Assembly: GCF_044704955.1 (NCBI RefSeq)
Contig: NC_091995.1
Location: 45,818,001-45,882,000 of the forward strand
From: Pristiophorus japonicus
Lineage: Eukaryota
Direction of reading: 5' to 3'
DNA: 64,000 bases
Shown here: positions 59,001-64,000 of the stretch, in pieces
Layout of the letters: each line of letters begins with the position of its first letter
Numbering within the stretch: position 1 is the stretch's first letter
Notes under the pieces: model-generated
What the model was told of the DNA's origin: nothing
Database searches by the model: none
What the model saw: only the letters and a program-made list of their open reading frames with translations
Position numbers and translations under genes: made by a program

Positions 59001-61921
59001 TACACGGCCGAGAAGGTGCTCCCGGGATGAAGTCCCCAAACACCGACATGAGGGAAACCAGCCAGCTGTCAGGATATGAGGTCCTGGTGGCTGCCCTCCA
59101 TACAGTGATGGGTAAGGACACCGGTAGACTTGATGCAGGTCCAGTGTGTCGCCCATCATCGTGACTAGAGTGAATATGATTTACGGATTGTACTAAACTG
59201 TACCTTGAAATGAAATGCAACCTAATGCATTGTATGGAACTGCTGTCAGCATCCAAAGGAATTGTATGGAATTGTCGACTGCAAGGTACTGAGCTATTTT
59301 ACAATGTATTGTGAAAATTTTATATGAATAAAGTATATTTTTGGAAAAAATAGTGCGCTCAGTCTGAGTACCTGTGCCCGCTCATCTACAATGAGTGTGG
59401 CAGGCCCTGTGTGCGGATGGGGGTGGAATTGGTCACGCGGAAGTACCGAGTGGACACCGGAGCCTCGCGCATGGTGATCCTTTCCAAGGACCCGGCCTAT
59501 TCACCCTGGTCCAATAAAGTCCCCTTCAATTTGATGTGGTTCATTGGGAATGAGCAGGCAGGAGTAAGGTCTACTTCCCTTGCTATTAAGCTAGGTTCCC
59601 TGACCAATAAATGCGAGTGCATTCTCCTGAAGTGTGAACAGCCTGGGTGCATACTCCTTGGGTTCGACTTCATGTTGGCCTATATGATCATTGTACATTT
59701 TAGGAGCACTGCTTGTGGGGAGCGGTGCATGAGGTGCATAAGGTGGATGAGGTAGTGGTAATACCCAGAGACAAGGGGGCACGTGGGAGTGTCTGCAGCA
59801 TGAAGCCCCGGGGTAGTTACGACCTGGGGGTTTTGGTCAGTAACGCCCTGCTCCAGTACGAAACAGAGGTGCGGAGCAAGTTAGATGCTTTTGCCATCCA
59901 CAAGCATGACTGCGGACGGGTGACTGGGGTAGAGGTTCGAGTAGATGGGGACCCCATGTCTAGGCCCCCAAAATAGTATCATTTTCCCAGGGAAGCGGAG
60001 GCAGATATGGAGATGGCACTGGGTTCCCTGGTAATGTAGGATCTGTTGAGGCCGATTGCCACCCATGTGAACTATCCCCTTTGGCCGGTCAAGACTCCTG
60101 ACTGGTCATGGAGAGCCACGGTGGACTATCGGGTCCTCAACAATAATATCCCAGCCTGAGCGCCCACAGTCACGTCTGTACCTGACCTAATTCGAAATAT
60201 TCCAGCCACCGAAACCACGTTCTCAGTGCTGGATATTTCAAATGGGTTCTGGTTGATTACCCTTCAACTGGAAGACCAGTATAAGTTTGCTTATACATTT
60301 AAGGGCCAAAAGTATTTTTGGACGTGTCGTCCCCAGGGGTTTCATAACAGCCCCTCCAACCTCCACCAGAGCATGGCTGATGCTCTGAAGAATGTTGGCC
60401 GGCCCCAGCAGATCGTTCAGTATGTGGATGACATTCTCTTGTTCTCTAGTGATAGAGAGGAGCACAGGCCACTGCTGAGCGACCTGCTGAAGTTACTCAG
60501 GGATGCAGTTTTCAAAGTCAACCAAAGGAATGCACACGTCGCTCACAAGGAAGGAAAATTTCTCGGACTGACCATCTGACCAGGTGAAAGGGCGATCGAT
60601 AATGCCCGACGAAAGGCAGTACAGGGACTCCCAGCCCCCAAGACGGTGTCAGGGGTGAGGTCTTTTCTGGGGCTCACAGGGTATTGCCAGGATTTAATCG
60701 AGAGATATGCAGCTACAACAGCCCCTTCTCTTCAGCTTCTCCGCAAGGGAGTTGAGTGGGATTCTAACTGCCAGGCCGCATTCATGGAGCTGAAAAGGGA
60801 CCTCCAAACGGCACCTGCATTGCGTGTGATTAGCCAGAGGGAAGAGTTCTCTCTCGAGGTAGCAGCCAGTGGGGACAGCTTGAGCTCAGTATTGATTCAG
60901 GAGCGACACGGCAAGCTGAGACCCGTGGTGCACTCCTCCAGGGTGCTCACAGATGTGGAGAGAGGATACTCCAATTGTGAAAGGCACCTTTTAGCCAAAC
61001 ATTGGGCTATGAAGCGCTTTTCACAGCATCCTGCCTGCCAATCCTCCTAACGATTCACATGCCAACCCAGATGTTTTTGGATGGGCGGATTAAGGACGGG
61101 ACAGTGAGCAGTGCCCACATTGCTTGCTGGACCCTACTGCTCTCACAGGTAAATCTCAGATTGCAGGAGTTGACTGAGCCGAAACTTGCAGGAAACATGT
61201 TGTATCCTGGGAAGGCACACATGCACAGTGGAAGGGGTGTGGGATGGCGAGGGACACAAGGCTGGGATACACTCTACGGGCCGGGACATCTACATGTATC
61301 GTTCCAGTACCATGTTCAACGGGGAGCGACTCACAGGTTGCGGGATTTATGACCCGACTGCTCAGCTAGAGTAGGTCATAAAACTTGCCAGCACCATGAG
61401 CGTACAGCATGCTGAACTGGCAGCCATGGCCGAGGTGCTGACTTACCCCAAAGAGTTCCCCCCTCCATGTACCATTTGCTCGGATTCAATGTTTACAGGC
61501 AACTCTTGCACTGAATATTTGGTGTTCTGGGCAAGGCAAGGGTTTAAATTTGCCAACGGGAGACCCCTGGTCACAGCATGGTTGCTCCACAAAATCTTAG
61601 AGGCCACGAAGAATAGAGAGGATATTACATCCACAAGGTAAAGGCCCATTCAAAGGCAGAACCCCGTGGAGAGTGGAACCTGACGGCAGATTAATTTGAG
61701 CTATAGAGGGAATGCTGTGGGATCTGGGGCAAGCGGCCCCAGTAGCAGCCATCCAGGACAGGGGAGGCATACCAGGGATCGCTCTAGCCGCGGACCTTAA
61801 ACAGGCACAGGACCCCATTCTCAAGGCCGTCCTACTAGGCAGGGAGAAGGGGGAAGTAATGGAAGGTCCCTTTGGCTCTGCTGACATCAGCGTTAAGGAT
61901 GGGATGTTGTTTAAGTGGGTG
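56042..61921 (+). mobile_element. Truncated retrovirus-like LTR element with dual RNase H (loki/spuma-like)
   Basis: Starts TGTAG at a sharp CR1 junction; decayed gag with CFQCGQMGHWRRECP, protease VDTGAS, RT LDISNGFW/PQGFHNSP/YVDD, degenerate Ty3-type RNase H (YSNCERHLLA), then a second RNase H (SVQHAELAA, ICSDS, KVKAH). No integrase core, env or 3' LTR visible. Confidence 0.85.
59172..59350 (+). mobile_element. 3' end of a polyadenylated non-LTR element (Tx1/L1-like) inserted between gag and protease
   Basis: AT-rich island ending TATGAATAAAGTATATTTTTGGAAAAAA within GC-richer element sequence. Confidence 0.6.
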
Positions 61922-62450
61922 GTCCCAGTGGATGTGGTGTATTTGGATTTCCAGAAGACATTCAATAAGGTTCCACATAAGAGGTTACTGCACAAGATAA
62001 AAGCTCACGAAGTTGGCGTAATATATTGGCATGGATAGAGGAATGGCTACCTATAGAAACAAGAGAGTCGGGATAAATGGGTCAATTTCCGGTTCGCAAA
62101 TAGTGATTAGTGGGTTGCCGCAGGGATTGGTGCTGGATCCTCAACTATTTACAATCTATATTAATGACAAGGGTGAAGAGACCGAGTGTAATGTAGCCAC
62201 GTTTGCTGATGGTAAAAAGATGGTTGAGAAAGCAAATTGTGAGGAGGACACAAAAATATCTGCCAAGTGATATAGACAGGCTAAGTGAGTGGGCAAAAAT
62301 TTGGCAGATGGAATATAATGTGGGAAAAATTGTGGTTTTTACTTTGGCAGAAATAATAGAAAAGCAAATTATAATTTAAATGGAGAAAAATTGCAAAGTA
62401 CAGAGAGACCTGGGGTCCTGCGTATGACACACAAAAAGTTAGTATGCAGG
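61922..62450 (+). mobile_element. CR1 RT fragment
   Basis: PVDVVYLDFQKTFNKVPH, LPQGLVLDP, FADG. Confidence 0.9.
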
Positions 62451-62939
62451 ACATCGGCTGAAATAACTTGACCAAATGGGAAATTTTAATCTATGTTTTC
62501 TATCTTTAATATTGTATTGGACAGTAAATTTCCTCTAGGGCTTATGACTGAGATAGAAAGGTAATTAATGGGACACACCACTTACAGTGCAGGTAGAAAC
62601 AGGAAAAGTAAACTGCCAAATTGAATTGTCCTAGTTTTCAATTGAAAGTCATGAAAGTGTAGTTACAAATAGTAAATGTATAGCTTTCACGTTTGTGTCC
62701 TTGCCTATCTCCCTTTCAAGAAAACTGCTCACTATCCCAAAAATTGGGACGATGCCGTGGGAGAGGAGAACAGATCTCCAGATAACTACAATATTTTGAT
62801 AAGATAAACTGAAAGCCCAAGAATGGCTTGTATTGGATTGCACGTGTGTCAAGATATTGAGATATCTGTGTGCAAATGTGACTTGTTACGTATGAATCAA
62901 GTACAATCTGGAAATAAATGGCGCATTTGCACTGAAGAA

Positions 62940-63172
62940 TGTTTTTTTTATTAGTTCATGGAATTTGACCATTGCTGTGAAGGTCAGCATTTATTACCCA
63001 TCCCTAATTGCCCTTGAGAAGGTGGTGGTGAGCCGCCTTCTTGTATCACTGCAGTCTGTGTGGTGAAGGTTCTCCTATAAGGCTGTTAGGGAGGGAGTTC
63101 CAGGATTTTGAGCCAGCAACGATGAAGGAATGATGATATCCTTCCAAGTCAGGATGGTGTGTGACTGGAGGG
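62940..63172 (-). mobile_element. 3' end of a CR1-group LINE (same family as 39846-40410)
   Basis: Poly-T start and reverse-complement similarity to 40200-40410. Confidence 0.7.
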
Positions 63173-63179
63173 AATTAGA

Positions 63180-64000
63180 TGCCAAACCAGGTCTGCACCT
63201 GGGCAGGTCCGGAACCAATGTCCTAGGGGGAGTGTTTGCTAGTGCTGTTGGGGAGGAGTTAAACTAATATTGCAGGGGGATGGGAACCTATACAGGGAGA
63301 CAGAGGGAGACAAAAAGGAAGCAAAAGCAAAAGACAGAAAGGAGATGAGGAAAAGTGGAGGGCAGAGAAACCCAAGGCAAAGAACAAAAAGGGCCACTGT
63401 ACAGCAAAATTCTAAAAGGACAAAGGGTGTTAAAAAAACAAGCCTGAAGGCTTTGTGTCTTAATGCAAGGAGTATCCGCAATAAGGTGGATGAATTAATT
63501 GTGCAAATAGATGTTAACAAATATGATGTGATTGGGATTACGGAGACGTGGCTCCAGGATGATCAGGGCTGGGAACTCAACATCCAGGGGTATTCAACAT
63601 TCAGGAAGGATAGAATAAAAGGAAAAGGAGGTGGGGTAGCATTACTGGTTAAAGAGGAGATTAATGCAATAGTTAGGAAAGACATTAGCTTGGATGATGT
63701 GGAATCTATATGGGTGGAGCTGCAGAACACTAAAGGGCAAAAATCGTTAGTGGGAGTTGTGTACAGACCTCCAAACAGTAGTAGTGATGTTGGGGAGGGC
63801 ATCAAACAGGAAATTAGGAGTGCATGCAATAAAGGTGCAGCAGTTATAATGGGTGACTTTAATATGCACATAGATTGGGCTAGCCAAACTGGAAGCAATA
63901 CGGTGGAGGAGGATTTCCTGGAATGCATAAGGGATGGTTTTCTAGACCAATATGTCGAGGAACCAACTAGGGGGGAGGCCATCTTAGACTGGGTGTTGTG
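63180..64000 (+). mobile_element. Young CR1 LINE: end of ORF1 and an open ORF2 endonuclease running off the window
   Basis: GLHL...EELN* then uninterrupted LKALCLNARSIRNK...GITETWL...RKDR...GVVYRPP...MGDFN...EPTRGEAILDWVL. Confidence 0.93.

Overview
Vertebrate genomic DNA, most likely from a cartilaginous fish (shark). This is inferred from the CR1/L2/Penelope/Deu-SINE repeat landscape, the two-exon GPR139-like receptor paralogues and a divergent MHC class I gene. Main host gene: a six-exon non-classical MHC class I heavy-chain gene on + (about 14200-25666; leader, alpha1, alpha2, alpha3, TM, short tail ending DYNVV*). It has a largely hydrophobic predicted groove, a Tyr-based sorting motif, and a 1-nt frame anomaly at the alpha3 splice acceptor. 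Downstream lie two disabled GPR139-like GPCR genes in divergent orientation (28570-29450 on -, 47802-50071 on +). The rest is mobile DNA: a complete but decayed Ty3/Gypsy LTR element with a TSD (987-5812), a truncated retrovirus-like element with two RNase H domains (56042-61921), two Harbinger relics (Myb/SANT and DDE transposase), PHIS-type MITEs (one pair nested), a Penelope-like element whose terminal repeats carry minimal hammerhead-ribozyme motifs, many CR1/L2 fragments, a solo LTR, two minisatellites, low-complexity tracts and one 299-N gap. All coordinates and alignments were read by eye; no database searches were run.
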